Shown here: positions 1 through 12,440 of the stretch, piece by piece
Position numbering within the stretch: the first letter of the stretch is position 1
Layout: each line of letters starts with the position of its first letter
Assembly: GCF_036321535.1 (NCBI RefSeq)
Contig: NC_087436.1
Coordinates: forward strand, 101,000,001 to 101,064,000
DNA: 64,000 nucleotides
Direction of reading: 5' to 3'
DNA from: Camelus dromedarius
Taxonomy: Eukaryota
Notes under the pieces: model-generated
Seen by the model: the letters and a program-made list of their open reading frames with translations, nothing else
Database searches by the model: none
Told to the model about the DNA's origin: nothing
Translations under genes and position numbers: made by a program

Positions 1-2419
1 GACAAACGGAACTAGACTGTTACAATGCTATTATTGGTATTTATAGCAGCCCTAGCGCTCTTGATAAATGAAGCCACATTAATTAGTTTCAGGATCTTAT
101 TCTCACTTTGGCATATCCACTAGCACTTCTGAACATGCAATTAAAATATTTCAAAATGTCACTTATGTTTCCATTCTACAAGAAATGCATACTGATGATG
201 GCCACTTGATTTGTACCAGGCCACATACATTTAGAAAAAAAATTTGTTAACATTTTAGGGGTTAAGAAATCTTTCCTCCACTGCTTGCAATAAAATCTGA
301 TGAAAACCAGAACTATCAAGGATCATGCACATGTATAATGATACCATTTTTCTGAGTATGAAATATTTCTGATTATATATATATATATTTCAAGGCCCAT
401 TCCTGGTAAGTTTGCTTTCCTTTTATTTTGGAAAATATAAATTCAGTGAAGATTTTGAATGATAATCAGTGAAAATAATGGCTTTTTTGACATCCCATAA
501 GTTAAATTAGCTCACTGTTAAATAAATAGCATAGCTGATTTGAAAGTTAGATGGTAACTGATGCATTGACTTTAAAATAAATTAGCATTCCCTCTTAAAT
601 TCTGGGAGACTGGTTTTCGTCTTCGTCCAGTGGACACCAGAAACTCTTTGGTTCATGCTAAGTACGGTTTAAAATAAAAGAAGGACATTTGAAAATGGAT
701 TCCCAAATTAGGAGTCTGGGTCAAGATAATAGCTTTGTTCCGAGGACCACGTCAAACCTGGGTGTCAGGCTTGAAAGGCACCATGATTCTATCGCATATG
801 AGTGAGAAAGTTGTGACGTATCTCTTGAAAGAAAAAGCCAGAGCATAAGGAGATCTTCCAGAAAAAGCAGGAAGAAGGGGAGGAGTGAGCAAAAACTGGG
901 AGAGAAGTTGTAGATGGGAGAGTTTGCTAGAAAGACTTGTGGAGACTCGGAAGGAGAGATTCACATGAAAAGGAAAAAAGAACTAGAGAATGAGGCACCC
1001 AGGGTCCCCCTTCTCCCTCTCCATAATCCACTCTGCTCCTCTGCCCCTGCGATGCCCTTCTAATAGAGCCCATGTACTGGCAACAGAAATAGAACAGAGC
1101 CTGGCTGGTGAATGGAACTCTGAAGTGTAACATATATGAATTCTGACTCTCTCTAGACTGGGCTAAAATTGAATAAGGGCAACATTAAAAAGAGAAAACC
1201 TCAGTGACATAGAGCACAAAGCATTTTTATATCAGATCGACGCTGGCATCGAAGACTTCACATAATAGGAGCAAGGTTAAGGAGAAGGGTGAAAACGGAA
1301 TCCTTTATTACTCTTGGATGCAGTATTGTAATACATGAACTGATATAGTCTATTAATTTCCAAGAGGATCTTTGAGGAGCTTGTACTTTACCCACTGATA
1401 GAATATAGGCTTTTTATTGTCTCAAATTGATTTGATTTCTAATAAAATATTTGCTTCAACCTTGGGCAGCAAGAAAGCAGATAGTTCAATGAGAGACAGT
1501 AATATTATGAAAAATTGTGATATTTTTCTATGCAGCTCAAAGCCTCCTGTGTTATCCATCAAATTCATTTCCCTTGTAACTAAATCTGTCATAAATCTAG
1601 GCATCCAAAAATGAAATGTGTTTCTCAACAATAATCTACTGTCAATAAACTTAATAAAGACTTCAAATGATACAACAATTTCTAGTGGTTTTAAAATGCT
1701 TCACAGATAAATGATTGATTTTGGTAGTTGACAATGATATTAACAGTAATCTACAAATAGGAAGATGAGGTATGGGGGGCAGTTAGTATAGCCAAACCAT
1801 TGGAGCATTATTTTTATTTTAATTTTTCACGATTATAAATAAACAGAATCACAGGGAAAAAATATTCTGATAAAAATTTGTATTTTGACACAAAATTAAC
1901 CAAAATTGATTCAATTTTTTTAAAGAATTTAGGAATCATTGAACAATTTGAAACCACTTTTAGGAATTAAAAAAAAATGAGTTATTTACAATTACTAAAA
2001 GTGGGTTTTCCCCTTGCTCAATAATGAATGAATCATTTGTTTCCTGGCATGATACTTCTTTTTTTTTTTTTTCCTTTACAAGCCTTGTGTTTTCTTCTCT
2101 TCAGAATCCATTAGAGAAAACAAAATGTGAATACTGAAGTTAGGAGTAATTCTTAATGTTCATGTTTGGCATATTTTGTCTGTCAGTATCTGTCTTCCTT
2201 AGACTAACTTCTGTTAAGCATCAAAGGAAACCCCATGCTTGTGCTAGTAGCTAAATACACTCTTCACAGAAAAAAAAAAAAATTAAATTAGTTGTAACAT
2301 CTTAGTTTTAATAACGATCTTGACTATTATGACCTTGAATTATTAATCTGATACTAGGAAAAAGTGTATTTTGTTACCAGAAAGCTTTAGCATAAATATA
2401 TCATATACAAAAGAAGTAT

Positions 2420-2600
2420 ATGATCATTTATTGAATGTCAGAAATTACCAGATAATGTGATAGGTACTTTTAATCCTCACAGCTTTGAAAATATTATTAT
2501 TCCATTTTTTTTTTGCAAATGACAAAATCAAAGTTCAAAAAGTTTAAAATTTTGTCTGAGATCATATTGCTAAAAAAAGATTTGAACACAGGTAGGTTTG
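2420..2600 (-). mobile_element. MIR SINE relic
   Basis: catttattgaatg...ttaatcctcacagc...attattattccattttt...gatttgaacacagg pattern. Confidence 0.6.
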
Positions 2601-2809
2601 AACAAAATGATACCATCCCATTAAATCACAGCACTTCTCAATACCAAAATACTGTTATGAAAAACATGACATGTTTACATTCTTCTGATCGCAGGGCAGT
2701 ATGGACTGTCAAACACAATGCTAAGATTATCCTGTATGAGGGTTGAAATAATTCTCCCCATGGAATATCAGCATGGAAAAAGTAGTTGAAAAATAATTAG
2801 TGACAAGTA

Positions 2810-2915
2810 GTCATTTTATTTTACAGATGAGGAACTTAAGGCTCAGTAGGAGAAAGTCTGGTACCCAGGGTTACGTCACATGCTGGAGACAGAGTCATGA
2901 TTGAAAACCAGTTCT
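2810..2915 (-). mobile_element. MIR SINE relic
   Basis: ttttacagatgaggaacttaaggctcag, reverse MIR core. Confidence 0.7.
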
Positions 2916-5311
2916 AGATATTGACAGGTCCTGATTAATTTATAAGACAGTTTCTTACAGAATTGCAGGATAACAGATTCAGGACCCTATAAATTCAGAT
3001 TGAGCCACATATATGTATAATATTTAGTTCACTGCAACAATGTAATAACCTTTTCAATGATGCTTATGAAATATGGCTAAGCAGCAAGGAAAATTCAGAG
3101 TATTCAAGGAAAAAAATGATCCACTGGAAAGTTTTAGATTTATACGAAGAAAGGGCACATGCGTCTCTACATCAGTATACACGCATCAGCATATGTGCAA
3201 CCGTGTCCATCATGTTACTCAAGTACTAAATGATTTTCATTTCAAAATGGCCAACATGGATGTTTGAGAGGGAAAAGACAATTGTTCATTTAAACACCTG
3301 ATCAGATGATCTGTCAGAGGTAAAGAGAGAGCTGGGGAGGGGAGAAGCCTGGAATTTCGGCTGCATCATAAAGAACCACAGGCCTACATGAACCTTCCAA
3401 GCCTCTCAGTGTACCGAGGAGAAGGCAGAGAGAGTGAATCCTGAGGTGGAATTCAGGTAGATCATTTCTGAGAACAAAGTAGTGCTTAAAGATTTGCACT
3501 TGGTGATACTTCTTAACACAGCACCACATTCCAAACTTTGCTTCAATACCAGTCATATCCCCCCAGAGGTGGGAGGCAAGGAGACAAGCGGAAGAAGATG
3601 AAAAATCATATATCGCCTCCAAAAGAAAGTCTCCCATTGATGGAAGAGGCAGGTCTTGCCTTTACTTCGAAATACCTAACTGAGCACTCCACAGACAGCA
3701 ATGGATCCAGCTATCTGGGAAGTGACACTGGGGGACAGAAGAAAATAAGGAGAAGGCTGAGAAGATTTGGGACAAATACGAGGATGACATGGAAGACAAG
3801 ACCCTAGTGCTACCTACCTAGATGCTAGATCTAACTCTTGCAAGTAAGAACACTGACCTAAATGTCACCATTTTTTTCACATTTGTTGTGCACAGAAGAC
3901 TTTTAAGAAGGGTGCTGCCAATGCTTGTTTATTTATCAGTATTGTGTGCTTAATGTGGATTGAAGTCTTTAAAAGTTTTCCACATAAGCAAAATAACCAT
4001 ACATTTTCAGTGGGGACAACTATTTACAAATAAACACCACATGGATTTAAATAACTTGCTATTACTTATAAAACTAAACTTGGTATACACTTAGTTTAAT
4101 ACTTACACAGTTTCCAGATGAGTTACTAATTATTTTTAATGAAATAAAATAATTCTCACTTATTGACCTTGAAAATTAAGACATGTAATTGCTTACTGTT
4201 ATTTGACAATGACTTTCATTCTAATTCCTGGCAAGAATAAGGTTAGACATGGGCAATAAAACCTTGTCAATGGTAACCAAACATTTTCCCATCGAGTTGT
4301 ACTTACTGGCTTTAAGCACTTTATATTGAAAGTAAATGTAATAGCTCCTGGAGGGACTACAAATCAGTCTGCAATTTGAGAGACTTGTTTTTGGAAACTG
4401 TAGATATGAAAACCCACTGATAATGTGACTGGCATTTGTTAACTGGGGAAATCATAATTATGAAGTGATGGGCATTTATAAATAACCACATTACGAGGGT
4501 TGTACATTCTTTCAAAGTAAGACAAATGCTCACCTGAGGAGGCAGGGATTTACTGGGGCTGAAAGAGATTGAAAAACATAATGGAAATGCTGTAGGAGGT
4601 CTGTGACTGGATACCCAAGGACTGATTGCCCGGGGAACAGTGAAGTTCCAGTCTGGTTCAAATACTCTCAAAGGTTTGTGGGAGGGGGCCAGCTTTTACC
4701 TTCACAGACAATAAGCACAAGTAAATTTTAAAGTAATTGTAACCAGGTCAAAGGGCATTTTTCACTAGTGTAACATGAACAATTAATCAATTCTAAGCTG
4801 CTTTCAGAGTATGAAAAGTGTTCAGGAGCTAAAAATGAACAGGCAAATGAAAAAATGAATAAACAAATAGTATAACAAGTAAAATTGGGAAAGCTAACAT
4901 CCTCTTGCTTTGTAAAATAGAAGTACTTTAAAAAAAAAAAACTTTAAACAAACTGCCATAGGTGATAGCATCTCTAGGGAACGTCTGTCATTTGAACATT
5001 TAATAGTCTTCCTAGGATATTAAAAATCACTAAGAATGTCAGAGTTTCTTGCATAAGTAAAACTGCTCTTGTAAAATAATGGTTTTCCCTGTGTGAAGGA
5101 AAGCCCTATATTATATTAATAATGATGGAGAAAAAAGAATTTTGTTGATTTTGGAGATACGATATTACATGCTTTTAGAACATTCTAGAGTGATATGTTT
5201 TCTCGGGAAATCTTTTTCATGGCTGTTCTATAAACCAATCTTTGAGTGTTTTGAGACAATCAGTGCTCAATGAAACTTAAACCTTCCCTGGTTCCTGGTA
5301 GGCAAATACAA

Positions 5312-5312
5312 A

Positions 5313-5357
<45 letters not shown>
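5312..5357. repeat. (CA)n microsatellite, read as (UG)n in the pre-mRNA
   Basis: Seen directly; one interruption near 5320. Confidence 0.98.
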
Positions 5358-5359
<2 letters not shown>

Positions 5360-6184
5360 GAAAGGGAAACAGAATGGGTTTGTAAAGTACTGCTTTGTGT
5401 CTACTTCTCTGTGGGTCACCTGCTCCCTGGACTCTCTCCGCCGTCAGGCAGGCTGGCTGACAGCTCCAAAATCAGACAGTCAATGGCCAGAAAAGTGCAG
5501 TGCAGCTGCCTCCTTGCCCTGATGGTTCTTTCTAGAGGAATATAACCTATGTGCTTAACATAAGGTTAAGAAGAGTGAAAATGACTGAGAGAAATACAAG
5601 CCAACTAAATAAAGAAGCTTTTTCTTCTGTAATCGTTACTAATTCCTTCCCCCGCCCATCTCCTTCAAAATAGCACTCATACAATATAATGCAAAAAGAG
5701 TGATACTCTCAGCATTTTTTAAATGGTTGCTTACACTAAATATGGCCAGACTGTAGACACCACTGAGCCGGGCTATCCTTTCCAAAGGAGGTTATAAAAT
5801 ACTACCTTACATGCTTAATTTGTCTTGGCACTCTTGGATATTTTGGTTAATTATCAGAAATTAGCTTGAGGGAAAGATTAATCTTTTTATGTAGCCAACT
5901 CACAACTGGTAATTTCTAGTTAGTCAAGTCCCATGACAGCTTCCACTATTTCTTATCATTATCAAGAAAAATGGGAGGCTTACACAGTGAAAGTCTCTAT
6001 TAGCCAATTTAGTTCATTAAGTATCTGACTTTTGGTTATGAAATGAAGCATGCTTGAATTTAAGAAAAAAACTTTCATACTTAGTAGGAAATTAAATCTT
6101 TGTGAAGAATTTCTGTATTGCTTTCCTCCCCAAGTCACCCAAAGCATTATATCTAATAATCAAAGAGAGAAACTCACATTTAAA

Positions 6185-6205
6185 AGAGAGAGAGAAAGAA
6201 AGAAA

Positions 6206-6273
<68 letters not shown>

Positions 6274-6274
6274 A
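6185..6274. repeat. (GA)n(GAAA)n tetranucleotide microsatellite
   Basis: Seen directly. Confidence 0.98.
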
Positions 6275-6549
6275 CGAACATGCAATGATCAGATTCCATC
6301 TACTGATAACTTGAACTTTGGACTTGGCTTGAGAAATAGGAAAGCATCTAGGAGTATTTTTATTTCAACACAGTTCTAGGGGAGTCTTGGACTAAACGCA
6401 GAAGTACCTGCCTCAAGCCTACCCCTCCCACCCCTGCAAATATCCCTTCTTGTCTTTGCTATTTTGCTAGCAATTGAACAAGATTTGCTTTTTCTAAATT
6501 TACAAAGTAAATTCATATGAATTCAACAAGCAACATTTTCCAGAAAATT

Positions 6550-6550
<1 letters not shown>

Positions 6551-6595
<45 letters not shown>
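6551..6595. repeat. Compound (CT)13(AT)n microsatellite
   Basis: Seen directly. Confidence 0.97.
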
Positions 6596-7824
6596 ACTCA
6601 AGCCATTAAAGTAAACTCAATCCATTTGGGTGATTTTTTTAAGGCAAAATTGAGAGCTATTATAATAGAAATTAATATTTTTCCACCCTGAAATACAAAT
6701 TGGGATACAGTGGAATCTGAACTAAACTAAAAAAAGAAAAAAAAAAAAAGATTTGACCTCTAGTACCACAGTCACCCTGGCATTCTCATCCAGTGCAGTT
6801 TTAGTCCCATATTCACCTCCTTTCCCCCACTACTCTGCTACCATTACCACCAACATTTAGTGCATTCAACAGTATAAATGCTTCTTGGCTTTAGTCTCCA
6901 TCCTTAGGAAGGTCTCAGTTATTACTTTTTTCTTTTGGAAGGTCACTAAAATGATCTGCCCAAAATTCCAATAAGGTAGTTTTCTATTCAAGGACTGTAG
7001 GCAATTCCTCACCACACTCAAAGTTAAACGCTTGATCTGGCCATCAGGTAGTCTATGATTTAATTCTAACTCGTCTATCCAAATGCATCTTCCCAAATAA
7101 TATTCTCTCCAAACCAATCTCCTCTCTTGTCTCCAAACATGCCATAGCATTGCCCAATCCCTACTCATCTGCATCCTCACTCTTTTTTTTTGAGTACCTT
7201 TCTCTAATAGCAAACTTAGTATGAGTTTAATGAGGGCTCAACTTCACACTGCTGTGTATTTTAGGGAGTTTGTTTCTGGGTATCTTATTTTCTCAATCAT
7301 GTCATCTTTTCAGAGGTCAGCAAAGTAGTCTATCATTTCTTCACATCTCTTAGTAATACTACTGACTTCTCATCCAGCAAGTATTCAAGAAATATTTGGA
7401 AGAATGAAACTGTCTATACTAGAAGAAAACCAACATAGTGACAACAAGGTGGTGAGGGATATATTTTAGCATTTGTTCATTTGAGGATGAATGTGAGTTT
7501 ACATTGTCAGGTGAGTCCATCTCTATGGGGTGGGGCACAGCTGGGATGGACCAAGCCAGATTGTGCATAAGTAATTATACATCATCTTAGGTGGTACAAA
7601 GCTTGGGGTGTGGGATGATGTGGGTGAGGCTAGTGATTTTATGAGCAAAATAAGATCTGTGAAGTGTAACTGAGGTTTAGAGATAATTTGTTTGTGCTGT
7701 TGAGGACAATTACATCAAAATTAGGTTGGGCATTATAATGGTCTTGATTACCTCACTCTTTGGAAGAGTCGTGTGCTCACTGGAGGACCTGTTGAATGTA
7801 CTTACATCAGAAAATGACTCTCTG

Positions 7825-7965
7825 AATTTTCAAGTTTGAAGGGACTTTGATGGGTCATGTTATTAAACTTCTTTATTTCCTAGACAGCAGTGGCCTCCCC
7901 CTACTTACCTTTCATAATCTCCATCTTAACTGTGGGACAGATTTAGAATGGAAATAGCTTCTGAA
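7825..7965 (-). mobile_element. MIR3-like SINE relic, sense to the PCDH7 pre-mRNA
   Basis: Minus strand reads tcagaagct...ggtaagt...tctaggaaataaagaagttt...atgacccatcaaagtcccttcaaact, alignable by eye to MIR3. Highly diverged. Confidence 0.5.
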
Positions 7966-8494
7966 AAAAATTAACCTACACACAAAAAATTTTTTAAAAA
8001 CTAAAAAAATATATATAACAAGTCAGTTGATAGACTCATATCAAAAGAAACACTGTGTTAAGTTACCATAATAGCCCACAAATTTTAGCAACTGCAGGTG
8101 AAATATTGGTGTTCACATTAAGAAAAATCAGAACACTTTTCATTTCCATAATAATAATCCTGAAAATTAAAGAGATAATTATTTTAGTTATAAAAAGATT
8201 TTTCTTTTCATCTTAAAAAGTGATATGACTAAAATTTATTATCTTAAGAGACTGGGGCTTCTTAGATTTTCCATAAATATTAAGCAAATTATAAACAAAG
8301 TCACCTCAATATTTTTTCTGTTCCGAGATCTTTGTAGCTTATTGTTTTCATCACATGTGACTTTTATGTTTAGTGTGGCTACTACAAGACCATCATTAAA
8401 AGGAGACATTGACCTAAAGTGTAACACTCATTATGCACCTTGGTCAAAAATGTTTGAAAAACACTGACGAGGAAGCTTGTTTAAAAAGAGAAAA

Positions 8495-8600
8495 GACAGC
8501 CAGGTTGATTCTGATTCAAAATTCTGGGGGCCCAGGGATCTGCAGTTTTAATAGGATGACTAATGCAGATGTTCCGAGGACTATATTTTAAGAAGCCCTG
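8495..8600. mobile_element. MER5A-like DNA transposon relic
   Basis: gattctgattca...ctgggggcccagggatctgcagttttaata...aatgcag...gaggactatattttaagaagccctg resembles MER5A. Confidence 0.6.
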
Positions 8601-8793
8601 ATCAAATTTACAGTAGTTACCAATGGAGCTGGAATTATTGAGCCACAATTACCTGGGACATTTTAGAGAAATAATCCTGCCTAAACTTGATTTACATAAA
8701 CACACAGCAGGTGTTTGGGTTTATTTTCTTACTGCTTTGCTGGCAGAATTTGCAGAGTAATTGGAGCCCTGGTTTCAGCCTACTTAGGGATGT

Positions 8794-8828
8794 TGTTTTG
8801 TTTTGTTTTGTTTTGTTTTGTTTTGTTT
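8794..8828. repeat. (GTTTT)n pentanucleotide repeat
   Basis: Seen directly. Confidence 0.95.
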
Positions 8829-8950
8829 CCCTGAGATTAAGAAACCTGGATATAAGCTGTTAGTCCTTTCTTCATATTCCCCTGACTACATGTGCATTTA
8901 GTTTATACAAGCAATTTGAAAAACTTTGGTCAGAAACATATGCTCTTTAA

Positions 8951-9354
8951 AGGAAGTAAGCCAGAAGAAGAAAGAAAAATACTGTATGATATCACTCATA
9001 TGTGGCATCTTTAAAAAAAAAAGATACATATGAACTTATTTATAAAACAGAGACAGACTCACAGACATAGAAAACAAATTTATGGTTACCGGGGGAAAGG
9101 GGGTGAGGAGGGATAAATTGGGAGTTTGAGATTTGTAGATACACACTACTATGAATAAAATAGATAAACAACAAGGTCCTACTGTATAGCACAGGGAACT
9201 CTATTCAATACCTTGTAATGACCTATAATGAAAAAGAATACGAGGAGGAAAGTATGTATTTATATATCTCACTATGCTGTACACCGGAAATTAACACAAC
9301 ATTAAAAATTGACTATACTTCAACAGAAAAAAAAGTAAAAAAAAAAAAAAAAAA
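8951..9354 (+). mobile_element. 5'-truncated L1 (ORF2 tail + 3'UTR + poly-A), cetartiodactyl/camelid type
   Basis: gaagtaagccaga...atgatatcactcatatgtgg (ORF2 end), ctactgtatagcacagggaact, gactatacttcaa, then an A-rich tail at ~9326-9354. Confidence 0.9.
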
Positions 9355-10117
9355 GACTATAGTTTACCTTTTAACTGAACACAGTTGGACCATCTACATC
9401 ACCTCTGGCAGGGAATTCTTTTACGTGTTTCTAATGATGCGGATCTGATAACTCTAAAAGGTAGATGACTCTACATCTTCATAACCTGAATTATCCTGTT
9501 GAGGTGCATGGAATATTCCTTCCTAGAACTTTACCTACAAGATCAGAGGGTCATTGACCTTAGAACTAGAAATGTCATCTGGATTTGAATTCACTCTACA
9601 CTTTACATATGAGGAGCCTGGAGCTTCGGCAGATGAACAGACTTCCACATCTTCACAGAACAGCGTCTGAAAAATCTAGGCTCTGAAATACCTTATACGA
9701 CAATGCACTATTTCATTTATCACTCTGTAGCTGTACTAAATATATTAAAACCCTCTTCCATCTGACAAATAGTTAATAGTTAGCAACATGTTCTGTAAAG
9801 CAGTATTGATTGCCGGGGATACTTGAAGCAGTAAAGAAAACAGTGTTTTCCTTTTGGCCTTCCAAAAAGGAATAGGAGGAGGGGGAAAAAAAAAAAGCCT
9901 GATATTTAAAAGGTATCATTCAACTCATATGAAATATTATTTGTGCCGGGAAGAAAGCAACTACCACTTTGTCACACTTCTGTACTGTGTAATTTACAAT
10001 CAAATGCTGGGAGCATAATAGGTCTCTTTCAAAATTGTTATTAATAAAACGTTATTTATATAGCAATGACTATGCCAGGCGCGGCTTGCGGGAAGCAGGC
10101 AAGATGCAGCGGGAAGC

Positions 10118-10320
10118 AGAGCACGTGGGGTTCAGACTCTGGGGTCTGCCCACTGGGGTGAAAATATTTGATGGGTAAAAGAGGCAAAGTGAGTAACTCT
10201 AAGCCTCAATTTCCACATGGGTAAAATGAGGACAATAGGATTGTTGTGATAATTAACTTAACACATAATTCAGACAGCAAAGTCTAGCATGCTGGAAGTG
10301 ATTGCTAATCAATGGTTATC
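10118..10320 (+). mobile_element. MIR SINE relic
   Basis: ctctaagcctcaatttccacatgggtaaaatgaggacaataggattgttgtga core. Confidence 0.7.
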
Positions 10321-12083
10321 TCTTTAATTCATGCAAAAATGATCTACAGGAGGAGATGCTCAGTGAGGTCATTCAAGTGTCTTCAACACTCAGCCTCTAA
10401 ATACAGATGAGATTTGAACATGAGTCTCTTTGACTGGGAGGCTTGTAATTTTAACCACTATTGTTATTTAAAACCAGAGAATAAAAACTTTGAATTTTGT
10501 TCCACATGTGTTGTGATGAGAGATAAGATACTTTTAAAGTCATGTATTTCATTCTGAGCTTTTAGCTACAGGTATTCTCTCTGCGTCTCTCTTTATGTCT
10601 CCTCTCTAACTCCTTTCTCCTTTCTTCCCAAGCAGCCTTGGGTCTATGAGACTCAAAAGTCACACTTGCATTTAAAAAAGAGGCGTAAGAAATGGCTTGC
10701 AAATTTGGACAACCACCTCCATCACTCCTTTCATTTTGTCAGTCCTGTAGATACAAGAATGGAACAAATACTCTGCCTCATTTGGGTTTGTCAACATATC
10801 TCCTAAATTGCTTTTCCAACGTGTCCTTCCGTTCCTGATGGATTCATAGAATAGGAATTGACACTCCTCTGGGGAGACTTCTGAGAAAAAAGTGAAACAA
10901 AACCAAACTTCTTTCTCATCGAGGGATTTGCCACATTGGTGCAGTGGTACAGTTTCAAGGAAAGAAACAGGGATGGCACATCTAAAATGCCCAGGGATTC
11001 TTTATGTGCTGCACAGGGGCAACATTCAAAGCGTTTAACCGACTGGTAAAGCAAGGGCATGAGGCTTTCAGAATGGACACTGGCCGTAAATAACCAGTCG
11101 GCCTATGCTCCGCATTCTGGCCTGAAACAGCCCTGTCTGTAAAGCTGAAATGACTCTTTGTTCCTGGCACAGTGCGTTAAACAAAACAGGCTCTCAGCAA
11201 ATATTCTCTGACCGAGATGCATACCAAATGTCAGACAGGGAAGGAGAGATGATCGTTTCATGCAGGACCCTGAAGCTGTTAACAAAAGTTCGTGGAAAGA
11301 GATCATATTTGTGGACATTAATCCATAAATAGGAGTTGTCCAAAAAGAAAAGAGAGAAAAACTGTAACAGGGCAAAGGAAACACAGTTTATACAGGCACA
11401 TGCATGCTTGAGACACTTTGAGTTGTTTTGTGTCACTAGAGATTATTATACGGCATCTTCAGTTTTATGACATTGAATGAGAATTATTTTAATGTCCAAG
11501 TGACATTCTACCTCACATGGAGAAATACAAACTCATCACTGTTAGTCAGTCCTTTACTAAAGCTGGATTCCAAATAACTGGCAAGTGAACTTGACTTCTC
11601 TTTCAAAATCCCTGGTTTAAAAAACCGAAATTTTTCTTTGAGGGAAAACAAAACATACACCATTACGTAAGTGCAAGATTAAGTGTGAAAAGCATGGGTT
11701 TACAGGTTATGTTAAGAGATTAAAGTAGAAAAGAAGCCAAAAAAAAAAAAAAATTCTTCTTATGTGTTCCCCTCATCAAAAAGTCTCTGACCCTGACCTG
11801 AAGCTAGTTGCCCTGTCTTTTTCGGACTCCGCCGTAATTCTTTCTATACATTTACGATCACATTTTTTCTATTATTGATGTTTATGTTCTTCTTCCCACT
11901 GAATCCTGAATTTGTACAGAGCAAGGATTCCGTATGGTTAGTCTTTTTCCTCCCTGGAAGCTAAATAGTACTTGGAACACAGGGTCCACTCAGCAAATAC
12001 TTGCAAAATAAATAAAGTAAAAGAGGAACAATGGTGACTTAAAGAGAAAACCTTCTTGGGTCTGATTTGGCTTTTAAGGGCAT

Positions 12084-12440
12084 TTTTAAATTATAGAATT
12101 GTAGACTGTATATATATTCTTTTTCAGATTCTTTTCCCTTATAAGTTATTACAAGATATTGAATATAGCTCCCTGTGCTATACAGTAGGTCCTTGTTGTT
12201 TATCTGTTTTTATACAGTAATGTGTATCTGCTAATCCCAAGCTTTTAATTTATCCTTCCTTCCCTCCCCTTTCCCCTGTGTAACCATAGACTGTTTTCTA
12301 TGTCTGTGAGTCTGTTTCTGGTTTGTAAATAAGTTCATTTGTATCATATTTTTTTTTTAGATTCCACGTATAAGTCATATCATATGATATTTGTCTTTCT
12401 CTGTGTGACTTACTTCACTTAATATGATAATCTCTAGGTC
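12084..12440 (-). mobile_element. 5'-truncated L1 3' fragment with target-site duplication
   Basis: Reverse complement of the same L1 end (ccctgtgctatacagtagg; acttcacttaatatgataatctctaggtc). Flanked by ttaagggcat at 12074-12083 and 12441-12450. Confidence 0.9.

Noticed and set aside
3314..3807. Purine-rich patch with 89-aa and 107-aa ORFs, possible processed pseudogene or LTR
   Set aside because: No recognisable protein, poly-A or TSD; could not be assigned.
6050..6379. 109-aa and 70-aa Lys/Glu/Arg-rich ORFs
   Set aside because: Artefacts of translating the (GAAA)n microsatellite.
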